NCBI GenBank assembly: GCA_037446635.1
Contig: JBBIIG010000054.1
Span: 1 to 28,344, forward strand
From: a bacterium
Lineage (GTDB): Bacteria > Zhuqueibacterota > Zhuqueibacteria > Oceanimicrobiales > Oceanimicrobiaceae
Direction of reading: 5' to 3'
DNA length: 28,344 nucleotides
The notes under the pieces were generated by a model. It was given only the letters and a program-made list of their open reading frames with translations. It did not search any database and had not been told where the DNA came from. This document shows, one piece after another, positions 1 through 9,111 of this stretch. A program made the translations under genes and the position numbers. Position 1 is the stretch's first letter. Every line of letters begins with the position of its first letter.

Positions 1-2952
1 CTGTCCGAGGCGCTCATCGGCATCCTGTGCTTGTCGGTGGTCGCGTTTTGCCTTTTGACCTATTCCACCAAAACCGCTCACTACACCAGCAGGCTCTTCA
101 GCAGCAACAAATATTTGGCGTTGTTGGATGGTTTATTCAATCCTTTCCGCAACCGTCACATTTTGCTCAAATCAGGCTTGCCCATTTACGATATCAAAGT
201 CAGCCATCAGGAATTTGCCAAGATCGACAAGATCATCGCGGAGGCAAAAAAACAAGGTTGGATGAGCGATGATCAGAAGGTGTGGGCCAACGCGCAATTC
301 ATCCATAATGGCGAAGTGTATAATATCGACCTGCGGGTGCGCGGCGACCTGCCCGCTCACTGGAAGGGCCCGAAAAAATCGTGGCGCATCAAATTTGGAA
401 ATCGTCTGGTGTCTCACAACGGTAAGGATTTAGTGAAAGAGCAAATTCCGTTTCGCGGCCGCCGGCAGATCAATCTCATCATTCCAATTGACCGCGACTA
501 CATATTGGCTTATTTTATCAACACGCTTATGCGCAAACGCGGCCTGGTCGTCCCCGACGATCGTTTCGTGGTGCTGCGCATCAATGGCGCTATCCAGGGG
601 CTTTATTACGAAGTGGAACATTTTGACAAACCGCTGCTGGCCATGAACAACCGCCCGGAGACCACGGTGTTTGGCCAGAACGATCGCGCCATGCACTTTG
701 AGCAATATACCAAATACGGCACCCCGGCCGCGGCCCACGCCCGCTTCGATATCGGCTCGCAGCGCCTGTTGGTGGACCGCGAGGGCGAGCTGGCGCTGCA
801 GGCGATGAACGTTCTTTTGGAACACTCCGTCAACCCCACGCCGGAAAATTTTCGGCGGGTGCGCGCGGTGATGGATTGGGAGCGCTATCTTACGTTTCGC
901 GTGATGACGACGTTGTGCAATACCAACCACGTCCGTTTTGGCTCCGACAATTTACGGCTTTACTATGATCCCAGCCGCGGTTTGCTGGAGCCAATTCCGT
1001 GGGATTTGCACCTCACCAAAATGCCGAAGGAGCCGGGCACCATCGACTTTTGGAACAGCCACGGCCCGGATGAAATTCAACGGGCGACGCTGCTGGATCC
1101 GCAGTTGCGCTTGCAGCGCAACAAGATTCTGTGGTCGTTCATCGGCGACGGCGGCGACAGCTTGATCGCCCAGTACAACAAAATCCACAATCAAATTCGA
1201 CCGTTTGCCTGGGCCGATGTTTTGTACACCCCCATTCAAGCCCACAAGATGGACGTGCTCAAAGGCATTTTCGAGTTCAACGTGCGGCGCATTCACAAAG
1301 TTATGAGCAACTCCAGCGCCAATTTCACTTATCGCCTGGAGGCGGACGATCGCGCCGCCATGGAGATTTTCGTCAACAATTTTTCCGGCATTCAACTTCA
1401 GAAGATTGAGCTAATCGACTCGTTGGCGTTCGAAGGTAAGTACAAACTTTTTGAGGACAGCAATTTTAATGGCGAATTGGATCCGTACGACGCCCTGCTC
1501 AGCGAAACCGAGGCGCGGGATTGGAAGCTCAGCTTTGATTTCGACAAGCAAATTTTGCCGGACATCGAATACAAAGGCGATTGGATCGATGCGCGCTACT
1601 GGGAATTCTTCGACACCGTTGGCAAGCGCGCGCGCTTTTTTCTGGTCGGCAAACTCACGCCGCCAAAACGCGATCCGTTGATTTGGAATCCGCCACACAT
1701 CATGGTGGCCTCCACCAACGCGGTGACCGGTTACCAAATTCCGTCGGCGTTCATCAGCCAGACCGAGCCCCTTCCAGAAAATTATATGGGCATCATCGCC
1801 TACGATCATTCCGATCCGTTCGATCTCGACGCCATCGATCTCACCCAGGCAGAATTTTTGAAGCGCCATCCGCAATTTGTCGCCAGCGCCGAACAGCCCG
1901 GCGCAGTGGAATTGCGCGGCAAAGTGACCATTGCGGGCACGGTGATCATCCCCAAGTCAACGCCGCTGATTTTGCGGCCGGGAGCCGACATCACCATGAA
2001 GCCGGGGGCGAACGTTCTTAACTACGCCGGCCTCACCGCCATCGGCACGCCGGTGGCGCCCATCCGCATTCACGGCGACGGTTCCGGCGAGCCCTTCGGC
2101 GCGTTTGCTGTGGTGCGGCCGACTTACCGCAAAGTGGTGATGCGCTACACCGAAGTTCGCGACGGCGGCCAATCGCAAATGAACGGTCTGCTCTTCACCG
2201 GCGGCTTCGCGGTTCACGAAGGCGATCTCGATATCGAATTTTGCCAATTCATTGATATGCAGAGCGAAGACGGGCTGAATTTAAAAAACGGCCACATCGT
2301 GATGCGCAACTGTTTATTTGCCAACTCCGCCAGCGATGGCATCGATTTAGATTTTTGCAGCGGCGAAGTGAAGAACAATAAGTTCATCAACACCGCCGGC
2401 GACGGCCTCGATCTTTCCGGCGCCCGCGACCTGTTGATCGCGGAAAACTGGTTTGAAAACATCGGCGACAAAGGCGTGAGTGTGGGGGAGAATTCGCACC
2501 CGATCATCATCAACAATTTTTTCCGCAATTGTGTGATTGGATTTTCGACGAAAGATTTGTCGCACGCGCGCGTGGCGCATTGCACCTTCGTCAACAATCA
2601 GCTCGCTATCGAGGCCAAGCGCAAGAAGCCGATGTTCGGCGGCGCCTCGGCGGAGGTGGTGAACAGCGTGTTCGCCGGCAATCGGGCTTTGCTTGAAGAA
2701 GATTATTTTTCGAAAGGCAAAGTCGCGGTTCAAAATTCACTGCTGGATGCGCCGGTGGATTGGCCCACGTGCCGAACTACCAGCATCCGTTTCGTCGATC
2801 CGCAAAACGAGAATTTTATGATTGAGCCGCTTTCAATTGTGGGGAACGGTTTTCATTTAGCCGAACCGGATTGGCTCAAAAGCTATTTGCACAATCCCGC
2901 GCCGCAGCCGGGTATTTTCTTTAATTCATTTTTAATTGGTTTTAAAAATTAG
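1..2952 (+). CDS. CotH-family kinase fused to a C-terminal right-handed beta-helix domain (5'-truncated by window edge)
   Basis: Frame is open from base 1 (LSEALIGILCLSVVAFCLL, hydrophobic anchor). CotH-like motifs: RVRGD..HW...KKSWRIKF, LRINGAIQGLYYEVEH, DNLRLYYDP...EPIPWD. The C-terminal third has beta-helix repeats (EDGLNLK, SDGIDLD, GDGLDLS, DKGVSVGE). Confidence 0.85.
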   Translation: MSEALIGILCLSVVAFCLLTYSTKTAHYTSRLFSSNKYLALLDGLFNPFRNRHILLKSGLPIYDIKVSHQEFAKIDKIIAEAKKQGWMSDDQKVWANAQFIHNGEVYNIDLRVRGDLPAHWKGPKKSWRIKFGNRLVSHNGKDLVKEQIPFRGRRQINLIIPIDRDYILAYFINTLMRKRGLVVPDDRFVVLRINGAIQGLYYEVEHFDKPLLAMNNRPETTVFGQNDRAMHFEQYTKYGTPAAAHARFDIGSQRLLVDREGELALQAMNVLLEHSVNPTPENFRRVRAVMDWERYLTFRVMTTLCNTNHVRFGSDNLRLYYDPSRGLLEPIPWDLHLTKMPKEPGTIDFWNSHGPDEIQRATLLDPQLRLQRNKILWSFIGDGGDSLIAQYNKIHNQIRPFAWADVLYTPIQAHKMDVLKGIFEFNVRRIHKVMSNSSANFTYRLEADDRAAMEIFVNNFSGIQLQKIELIDSLAFEGKYKLFEDSNFNGELDPYDALLSETEARDWKLSFDFDKQILPDIEYKGDWIDARYWEFFDTVGKRARFFLVGKLTPPKRDPLIWNPPHIMVASTNAVTGYQIPSAFISQTEPLPENYMGIIAYDHSDPFDLDAIDLTQAEFLKRHPQFVASAEQPGAVELRGKVTIAGTVIIPKSTPLILRPGADITMKPGANVLNYAGLTAIGTPVAPIRIHGDGSGEPFGAFAVVRPTYRKVVMRYTEVRDGGQSQMNGLLFTGGFAVHEGDLDIEFCQFIDMQSEDGLNLKNGHIVMRNCLFANSASDGIDLDFCSGEVKNNKFINTAGDGLDLSGARDLLIAENWFENIGDKGVSVGENSHPIIINNFFRNCVIGFSTKDLSHARVAHCTFVNNQLAIEAKRKKPMFGGASAEVVNSVFAGNRALLEEDYFSKGKVAVQNSLLDAPVDWPTCRTTSIRFVDPQNENFMIEPLSIVGNGFHLAEPDWLKSYLHNPAPQPGIFFNSFLIGFKN

Positions 2953-2969
2953 TTTAGCGAAGGCGAAAC

Positions 2970-4163
2970 ATGGCTCACGAGAGTCACATCGATTATGATA
3001 TTCACGGGTTGGTTGGCATTCGGCTGCTGAACGCCCAACCCAGCGACGCCGCGGCGGTGGATCGGCAATTGGGCGCGCTGCGCGCCAATCTGCAGCGCGA
3101 GCCGGACATCGTCATCCGTTTTGAAAAATGGCTGGCCACGCCGCACCTGCGCTTGCTGGGCCTCGATTACGCCGGCTACGATGAAAACGGTTATTACATT
3201 TTGCGCAGCAGCAAGGCGCCGGCAAAAGTGCGCATCCCGTTCGATGAGATTGGCGGGCGCTGTGAGATCGTCTGTGAAAACGGCCTGCGTTCGGTGCCGC
3301 TGCTCATCGCCATCATCAACCTCACGCTGCTGCAAAAAGATTGTGTTCCGTTACATGCGTCGGCGTTCGTTTACAACGGCGTTGGTGTGCTGGTCACCGG
3401 TTGGTCCAAAGGCGGCAAAACCGAAGCGATGCTGGCGTTCGCTCACAACGGCGCCGAATACGTCGGCGACGAGTGGGTGATCCTCGCCGGCGACGGCCAA
3501 ACTATGTACGGGCTGCCGGAGCCGATTACGTTGTGGGATTGGCATCTCGACTATTTGCCCAAGGCCCGCAACCTGGCGCCTAAGAGTAAGCTGCGTTTGT
3601 TTAAAGGCATTCACGCGTTGGTGGGGGTGAATCATTTCCTTCGCAGAAGTTTTTTGAAAAAAATGTTCTTGGCGAAGACTCTCGACGAGAGTATGGCGGC
3701 TTTGAAGCGCCAGTTGCACGTTAATCTTCCGCCGCAGAAACTGTTTGGCGGCAAAGGCGCCCGCAAAGCGAAACCGGAAAAAGTGTTTTTCATCGGCAGC
3801 CACGAGTCGCAGGAGATTGTGGTTGAACGGGGCGACGGCCCGGAAATCGCCGAGCGCATGGCCGCCTCCGTGGAATATGAGCGCACGCCGCTTTTGGAAC
3901 ACTACCTGGCGTTTAAGTTCGCGTTTCCGGAGCGCAGCAACCCCTTCATCGAAACCGCCGCCGAGACGCAATATGAAATTTTGAGCCGGGCGCTCGCCGG
4001 CAAAGAGGCCTACCGGGTGATGCACCCGTACCCGGTGCCGCTGCCCGACCTCTACGCCGCCATGAAGCCCTATTGTGAAAAATCAGCCAGCAGTGTGGAG
4101 CTGAAACCGAAAACCATGCAACCCCAAAGTAAAGCGCTAACCGAGGCGCAAATAGAAGTCTAA
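2970..4163 (+). CDS. HprK-related P-loop kinase, substrate unknown
   Basis: PLHASAF...GVLVTGWSKGGKT followed by YVGDEWVIL matches the HPr-kinase/PEPCK-type His, P-loop and acidic-pair arrangement. Confidence 0.7.
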   Translation: MAHESHIDYDIHGLVGIRLLNAQPSDAAAVDRQLGALRANLQREPDIVIRFEKWLATPHLRLLGLDYAGYDENGYYILRSSKAPAKVRIPFDEIGGRCEIVCENGLRSVPLLIAIINLTLLQKDCVPLHASAFVYNGVGVLVTGWSKGGKTEAMLAFAHNGAEYVGDEWVILAGDGQTMYGLPEPITLWDWHLDYLPKARNLAPKSKLRLFKGIHALVGVNHFLRRSFLKKMFLAKTLDESMAALKRQLHVNLPPQKLFGGKGARKAKPEKVFFIGSHESQEIVVERGDGPEIAERMAASVEYERTPLLEHYLAFKFAFPERSNPFIETAAETQYEILSRALAGKEAYRVMHPYPVPLPDLYAAMKPYCEKSASSVELKPKTMQPQSKALTEAQIEV

Positions 4164-4178
4164 ATTTCAAGGAGGAAA

Positions 4179-5204
4179 ATGGACAAAATGATTATTCGAA
4201 GCAAAGCGCCTTTGCGCATCAGTTTCTCCGGCGGCGGCACGGACATTTCGCCCTATAAAGACGAATACGGCGGCGTGGTGCTGAGCGCCACCATCGACAA
4301 ATACGCCTACGGCTCGCTGCGCCTGAAAGACGAGCGCACTGTCACCGTGAAATCGTTGGACTACGATATCGTCGCCAAATACAACCTCGACGACGATATG
4401 GCCTACAACGGCGAGCTGGATTTGGTGAAGGCCGTCATCAAAAACATGAACAACGGCTTCAAACACGGGATGGAATTTTTCATCCACAGCGACGCGCCGC
4501 CGGGCTCGGGCCTCGGTTCGTCTTCCACGATGGTGGTGGCGCTGATTGGCTTGATCAAACACTTGCAGCGGCTGCCGCTGACCAACTACGAGCTGGCGGA
4601 GCTGGCCTACAAAATCGAGCGCCTGGATTTAGGCATTCAGGGCGGCATGCAGGATCAATATGCCGCGGTGTTTGGCGGCTTTAATTTTATGGAATTCGGA
4701 GCGTCGCGGGTGGTGGTCAATCCCCTGCGCATTCCGAAGGAAGTTATCAACGAGCTGGAGTACAATCTGTTGTTGTGTTACACCGGCAGGACGCGGCTGT
4801 CCGCCAACATTATTACTTCGCAAATCGAGTCCTACAAAAGCAAGGAGCGGACCGTGCTGGAAGCGATGGAGGAGTTGAAAAAGATCACGGTGGAGATGAA
4901 GAATGCGCTGCTGCAGGGGCGGCTCACCGATTTTGGCCGGCTGCTGCACGAGGCCTGGATCAATAAAAAGCAAATGGCGAAACAAATTACCACCTCAACA
5001 ATCGACCAGTTGTATGCGACTGCGCGCGCTAACGGCGCCATCGGCGGGAAGATTCTCGGCGCCGGCGGCGGTGGGTATCTGCTGCTTTTTTGTGAGTTCG
5101 ATAAAAAGCACGTCGTCGCCGAAGAATTGGAAAAAATCGGCGGGCAGATTGTGGAGTTTACATTTGAAATGAACGGTTTGCAAACCTGGGAGGTGCCGTC
5201 TTGA
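4179..5204 (+). CDS. hddA: D-glycero-alpha-D-manno-heptose-7-phosphate kinase (GHMP kinase)
   Basis: KAPLRISFSGGGTD, PPGSGLGSSS, GMQDQY, GGKILGAGGGG. Strong AGGAGG SD upstream. Adjacent to gmhA. Confidence 0.88.
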   Translation: MDKMIIRSKAPLRISFSGGGTDISPYKDEYGGVVLSATIDKYAYGSLRLKDERTVTVKSLDYDIVAKYNLDDDMAYNGELDLVKAVIKNMNNGFKHGMEFFIHSDAPPGSGLGSSSTMVVALIGLIKHLQRLPLTNYELAELAYKIERLDLGIQGGMQDQYAAVFGGFNFMEFGASRVVVNPLRIPKEVINELEYNLLLCYTGRTRLSANIITSQIESYKSKERTVLEAMEELKKITVEMKNALLQGRLTDFGRLLHEAWINKKQMAKQITTSTIDQLYATARANGAIGGKILGAGGGGYLLLFCEFDKKHVVAEELEKIGGQIVEFTFEMNGLQTWEVPS

Positions 5205-5788
5205 ACCAATTCGATAGCGACTTTTCCCCGCGCTTAACGCAAATACTCGAGGAAAGCATCGCGGTTAAAAAACGGGTGGCGGCCGAACACGTTGCGGTTC
5301 TCAATCAAATTGCCCAAACCCTGCGGAAGTGTCTGGCCGAGGGGAATAAGATTTTGCTCTTTGGAAACGGCGGCAGCGCCGCGGATTCCCAGCACATCGC
5401 CGCGGAACTCGTGAGCAAATTCTTTCACAACCGCAAAGCGCTGCCAGCCATCGCCCTCACCACCGACACCTCCATTTTGACCTCCGTGGCCAACGACTAT
5501 AGTTTCGAAGAAGTGTTTGCCCGCCAGATTGAGGCGCTCGGCCATAAAGGCGACGTCGCCATCGGCATCAGCACCAGCGGCAATTCGCCCAATGTTTTGA
5601 AAGCCCTGCGCCTGGCAAAACAGCGAGGGCTGGTTACTATCGGCCTGACCGGCGAGGACGGCGGCAAACTGCCACATGCGGTGGATATTTGTTTTCGCGC
5701 GCCCTCCAAAAGCACGCCGCGCATTCAGGAGGTTCACATCACCATCGCCCATGCCATTTGTGAAATCATTGAAGAGGAGCTTGGATAA
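5201..5788 (+). CDS. gmhA: Phosphoheptose isomerase (SIS domain)
   Basis: GNGGSAADSQHIAAEL, ANDY, STSGNSPN, RIQEVH. TTG start overlaps the hddA stop (TTGA). Confidence 0.95.
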   Translation: MNQFDSDFSPRLTQILEESIAVKKRVAAEHVAVLNQIAQTLRKCLAEGNKILLFGNGGSAADSQHIAAELVSKFFHNRKALPAIALTTDTSILTSVANDYSFEEVFARQIEALGHKGDVAIGISTSGNSPNVLKALRLAKQRGLVTIGLTGEDGGKLPHAVDICFRAPSKSTPRIQEVHITIAHAICEIIEEELG

Positions 5789-5789
5789 T

Positions 5790-6818
5790 ATGGCCCACTC
5801 AAAAACCAACGTCGCCATTTCAACCACCGTGTGGGTTTTGCTCATCTTATTGTCTGTGCAGTTGATTTGGAAGTTTCCGAAACCGTTGTTCTTTTTTTAT
5901 GCGGGTACGTTTTTGGCTTTGTCGCTGGTTTTCTGGATTATGAGGAGAGGCTCTCCGACCCGCGGCCTGCTGCAAAGTTATCAAGTGGTGCTGATTTGGA
6001 TTATCGTTACCTCGCTGTTTTTGACCGGCGTTTATAAAGTCGATCACGCCGGCTGGAACTGGCAGCGGGTGACCGGCTACAACGTCACCCTGCCGGAGCG
6101 GCATTTCAAGCACATCGATTTTTCTATCGAGAAATTTTTGGCGCGCTACCCATTTTTTACCGTCGAGCCGGATTCAAGTGGACTGGTTCTGCCCAAAGGA
6201 ATTTACGATATCCAAAAGACCATCGTTATTCCTCGCCAGCTCCCGCTGCGCATCGAGCCTGGCGCCACCCTGCTATTCGACGTCGGACGCTCGTTGATTT
6301 CTTACAGTCCGATTTATGCCCGGGGGACGAAGGAGGAACCGATTGTTTTCATGGCGAAGAACAAGCTGTTCAAATGGGGGGCCGTTGGGGTTGTTCATAC
6401 CGAGAAATCGTTGTTCGAGTATGTGATTTTCCGCCACGCCCGGCAGGCGCGCGTCAACGATATCGATCTTTTAGGCGGGCTGTCGGTCATCGAAACCGAT
6501 GTGGAAATCCGCAACTGCAAGTTCGTGAACATGTTCGGCAAAGATGCGCTCAACGTGCAGCACGCCAACGTGCTCATCACCAACAATTTGTTCAAAAACG
6601 CCCTGCGCGACGGCCTGGATTTAGACGGCGGCTCGGGAGAAGTCAGCTACAATCAGTTCATCAATTGCCGGGACGAGGGCATCGACATCAGCGAGAATCT
6701 CGACGATCTGCAGGTGTTCAATAATTATATCTATGACAAACGCGGCGGCAAGCTTAGCGCGGAAAACAACATAAATGAGATCTTGTCGCTCAACCGTTTG
6801 GGATATTTGAAAAACTAA
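5790..6818 (+). CDS. Membrane-anchored right-handed beta-helix protein
   Basis: ATG at 5790, 1 nt after the gmhA stop, with GAGGAG upstream; preferred over the 5676 ORF start. About three N-terminal hydrophobic segments, then KDALNVQ, RDGLDLD, DEGIDIS repeats. Confidence 0.8.
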   Translation: MAHSKTNVAISTTVWVLLILLSVQLIWKFPKPLFFFYAGTFLALSLVFWIMRRGSPTRGLLQSYQVVLIWIIVTSLFLTGVYKVDHAGWNWQRVTGYNVTLPERHFKHIDFSIEKFLARYPFFTVEPDSSGLVLPKGIYDIQKTIVIPRQLPLRIEPGATLLFDVGRSLISYSPIYARGTKEEPIVFMAKNKLFKWGAVGVVHTEKSLFEYVIFRHARQARVNDIDLLGGLSVIETDVEIRNCKFVNMFGKDALNVQHANVLITNNLFKNALRDGLDLDGGSGEVSYNQFINCRDEGIDISENLDDLQVFNNYIYDKRGGKLSAENNINEILSLNRLGYLKN

Positions 6819-6820
6819 CA

Positions 6821-8056
6821 ATGAAAATTCTTTATATCACGCCTTCATTTCAACACCCCACGGTGCGCGGCCCGCATCGCCATTACTATTTTATTCGCGA
6901 ACTGGCGCAGCGCCACGAAATCACGCTGCTCACTTTGGCTCGGCACCCAATCGGCGACGACGCTTTAACGGAAATGACATCCTATACCCGCGACCTGTTC
7001 GCTTTCGACGTTAACGGCGGCTCGCACTACGACTTCGCAAAGCAGATCGGCAAGCTGCCGGTCATAGGCGGGCCATTGAAAGCGCAAACCATTTTCAGGA
7101 ACGGGCTGCGAGAGATGAAGGCAACCTTTCGCGAGCTGGTGAAAACCCGGCCGTTTGACGTGGTGCTTTTTCACGGCAAATCGGTTTTTCCGGTGATCGA
7201 AGATTACGAGGGTTTGCCGCTGGTGGTGGATTTTTGCGACGCCACCTCGATGCGCCTCCGTACCGAGATGCAGTACGCCCCGCCGCTGCGGCGGCCGTGG
7301 CTGTTCTGGCGCCTGCAACAGGTGCGGCGCACCGAGAGCCGATTGATCAACAAAACATCCTACCTCGCCTTTGTATCTCTGCGCGACCGAACGGCAACCA
7401 ACGGCGACACGCCCAACTCGCGCATCATCCCCATCGGCGTCGATTCGAACTATTGGAAAAGAACCAGCCCGGAGTTTGACCGCAAGCGCTTGATATTTAC
7501 CGGCGTCATGGACTACGGCCCCAATCATGACGCTGCCATTTATTTGATCGATAACGTTTTGCCGTTATTGCGAGATAAAAATCCCCGCCTCGAGCTTTGG
7601 CTGGTGGGGCGAGCGCCGCGCCCGGAATTACAGCAAAAGGCCCGGCAAACCCCGGGCGTAACCGTCACGGGGGCGGTGGATGATTTGCGGCCCTACCTGC
7701 AGCGGGCGGCCCTGTTTGTGGCGCCGATGCGCTACGCTTCTGGTACGCAAAACAAGCTGCTTGAAGCTATGGCTATGGGAGTTCCGGTGGCAACCACCAC
7801 ACTTGCCGCGGGCGGTTTGTACGTGGAAGGTGGGGGCGAGCCGCCGGTGATCGTGGCTGACAATGCAAACCAGTTGGCCGAAAAAATAATCAACATTCTT
7901 GAAAATCAGGAGCTTCATACTCGCCTGGCGAGTCAAGGACGTGCTTACGTGGAAACCCATTTCAACTGGACGCGCAGCGCCGAAACTCTGGAGACCATGT
8001 GCATCGATGCCGCAAGCCAGAAAGCGACAACATCTCCCCGGAGGATGAAATCATGA
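6821..8056 (+). CDS. Glycosyltransferase family 4 (GT-B fold)
   Basis: MKILYITP start, IFTGVMDYGPNHDA, VTGAVDDLRPYL, GTQNKLLEAMAMGVPV, FNW near the C-terminus. Confidence 0.92.
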   Translation: MKILYITPSFQHPTVRGPHRHYYFIRELAQRHEITLLTLARHPIGDDALTEMTSYTRDLFAFDVNGGSHYDFAKQIGKLPVIGGPLKAQTIFRNGLREMKATFRELVKTRPFDVVLFHGKSVFPVIEDYEGLPLVVDFCDATSMRLRTEMQYAPPLRRPWLFWRLQQVRRTESRLINKTSYLAFVSLRDRTATNGDTPNSRIIPIGVDSNYWKRTSPEFDRKRLIFTGVMDYGPNHDAAIYLIDNVLPLLRDKNPRLELWLVGRAPRPELQQKARQTPGVTVTGAVDDLRPYLQRAALFVAPMRYASGTQNKLLEAMAMGVPVATTTLAAGGLYVEGGGEPPVIVADNANQLAEKIINILENQELHTRLASQGRAYVETHFNWTRSAETLETMCIDAASQKATTSPRRMKS

Positions 8057-8880
8057 ACGATATTTTACTGTCAGCTGAAAATGGCGCCGCCGAACATTCC
8101 CACGGAGGGTCGCTAAAAGACAAATTCAACTTGCTTTTGGATGACAGCGCCAAAGCCTGGAACACCTCTCGGAGCATGATCATTTTTCTGTGGCTGCTGC
8201 CGATACTGTTTTGTCTGGCGGGGGTAGTAGCCGCGTTGATGGGAAAAAGCGCTTACAAGGCGTTCACCACCGAAGACGGTATCGCGGAAAACATCCAGGT
8301 GGTGATGTTCGTCGTTGCGTTTGTATTCTCTTTTAATGTGATGCAGAACACCGTCCGCCGCGGCCAATACTTTTTTGCGGCGCTTTACGGAATTTTGTGC
8401 GTTGGGCTTTTTTTCATTATCGGCGAAGAGATTAGCTGGGGTCAGCGCCTCCTCGGCTGGGATACGCCGCAGCACATTAAGGCCATCAACAAACAGGACG
8501 AAACCAACATTCACAATATTTATGTGGTGGGCGAAACCATCAAATGGCTGCATCTGGTGTTTGCGGCCTTCGGAACATTTATGCCGCTGCTGGTGATGCG
8601 CCTGGAGCGATTGCAGCGCTACCGTAAGCAACTCGCCATGTTGGTTCCCCATTATTCGATGATCCCGTTTTTTTTTATACCTTTGCTATGGCGGCTCTTC
8701 CGCAATCTGGTGCCGGTGCCAAAACGGTTTTATTTCGTCGTCTCAGAATACACCGAGGTGATTGAATTGGTGATTGCCAGCGCCATCATGTTGTTTTTGA
8801 TTTTTCAATACCGGCAATTTTCCAGAAAGGATTCCGGTGCTGAACGGACACGTAACAAGAAAGAATCATTTGCCCAATAA
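8053..8880 (+). CDS. Uncharacterised polytopic membrane protein with EEISWGQR and ETNIHN motifs
   Basis: ATGA overlap with the GT4 stop at 8053-8056. About six hydrophobic segments with polar motifs EDG..EN, GEEISWGQR, NKQDETNIHN, SEYTE. Confidence 0.75.
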   Translation: MNDILLSAENGAAEHSHGGSLKDKFNLLLDDSAKAWNTSRSMIIFLWLLPILFCLAGVVAALMGKSAYKAFTTEDGIAENIQVVMFVVAFVFSFNVMQNTVRRGQYFFAALYGILCVGLFFIIGEEISWGQRLLGWDTPQHIKAINKQDETNIHNIYVVGETIKWLHLVFAAFGTFMPLLVMRLERLQRYRKQLAMLVPHYSMIPFFFIPLLWRLFRNLVPVPKRFYFVVSEYTEVIELVIASAIMLFLIFQYRQFSRKDSGAERTRNKKESFAQ

Positions 8881-9111
8881 CTACGACGAGATCGCTGTTC
8901 AAAATTCGCAAGCCAGTGTCGTCGCCGGCGCTGGCCGCCGCGGCTGCAACTGCGTCGAATTCTCACCCGCTACCATGACATTTTGCTGGCCGTCAACCTT
9001 CCAACAAAGTGTTTCCCTCGTTGGCTTTCCGCAAAAGCCTGTTTTTGACCTTAGTTTGACATGGATAGTTAACAATTGAACAACATTGCCTTTCAGCGGA
9101 GGTTTTCTTTC

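Noticed and set aside
2970..4163. Lasso-peptide/RiPP cluster suggested by the HprK-like kinase, NTase and sulfotransferases
   Set aside because: No precursor, PqqD/RRE, B-protein or asparagine-synthetase-like cyclase in the window.
5676..5789. Longer start for the beta-helix gene
   Set aside because: Overlaps gmhA by over 100 nt. ATG 5790 has an SD and abuts the gmhA stop.
7999..8052. Longer start for the membrane protein
   Set aside because: The ATGA overlap at 8053 is more plausible.
8837..9079. 80-aa ORF across the gap before PK-Sat
   Set aside because: No motifs or clear SD, and it overlaps the upstream gene.
9045..9080. Possible sigma70 promoter (TTGACC and TTGACA)
   Set aside because: No convincing -10 hexamer at 16-18 nt spacing.
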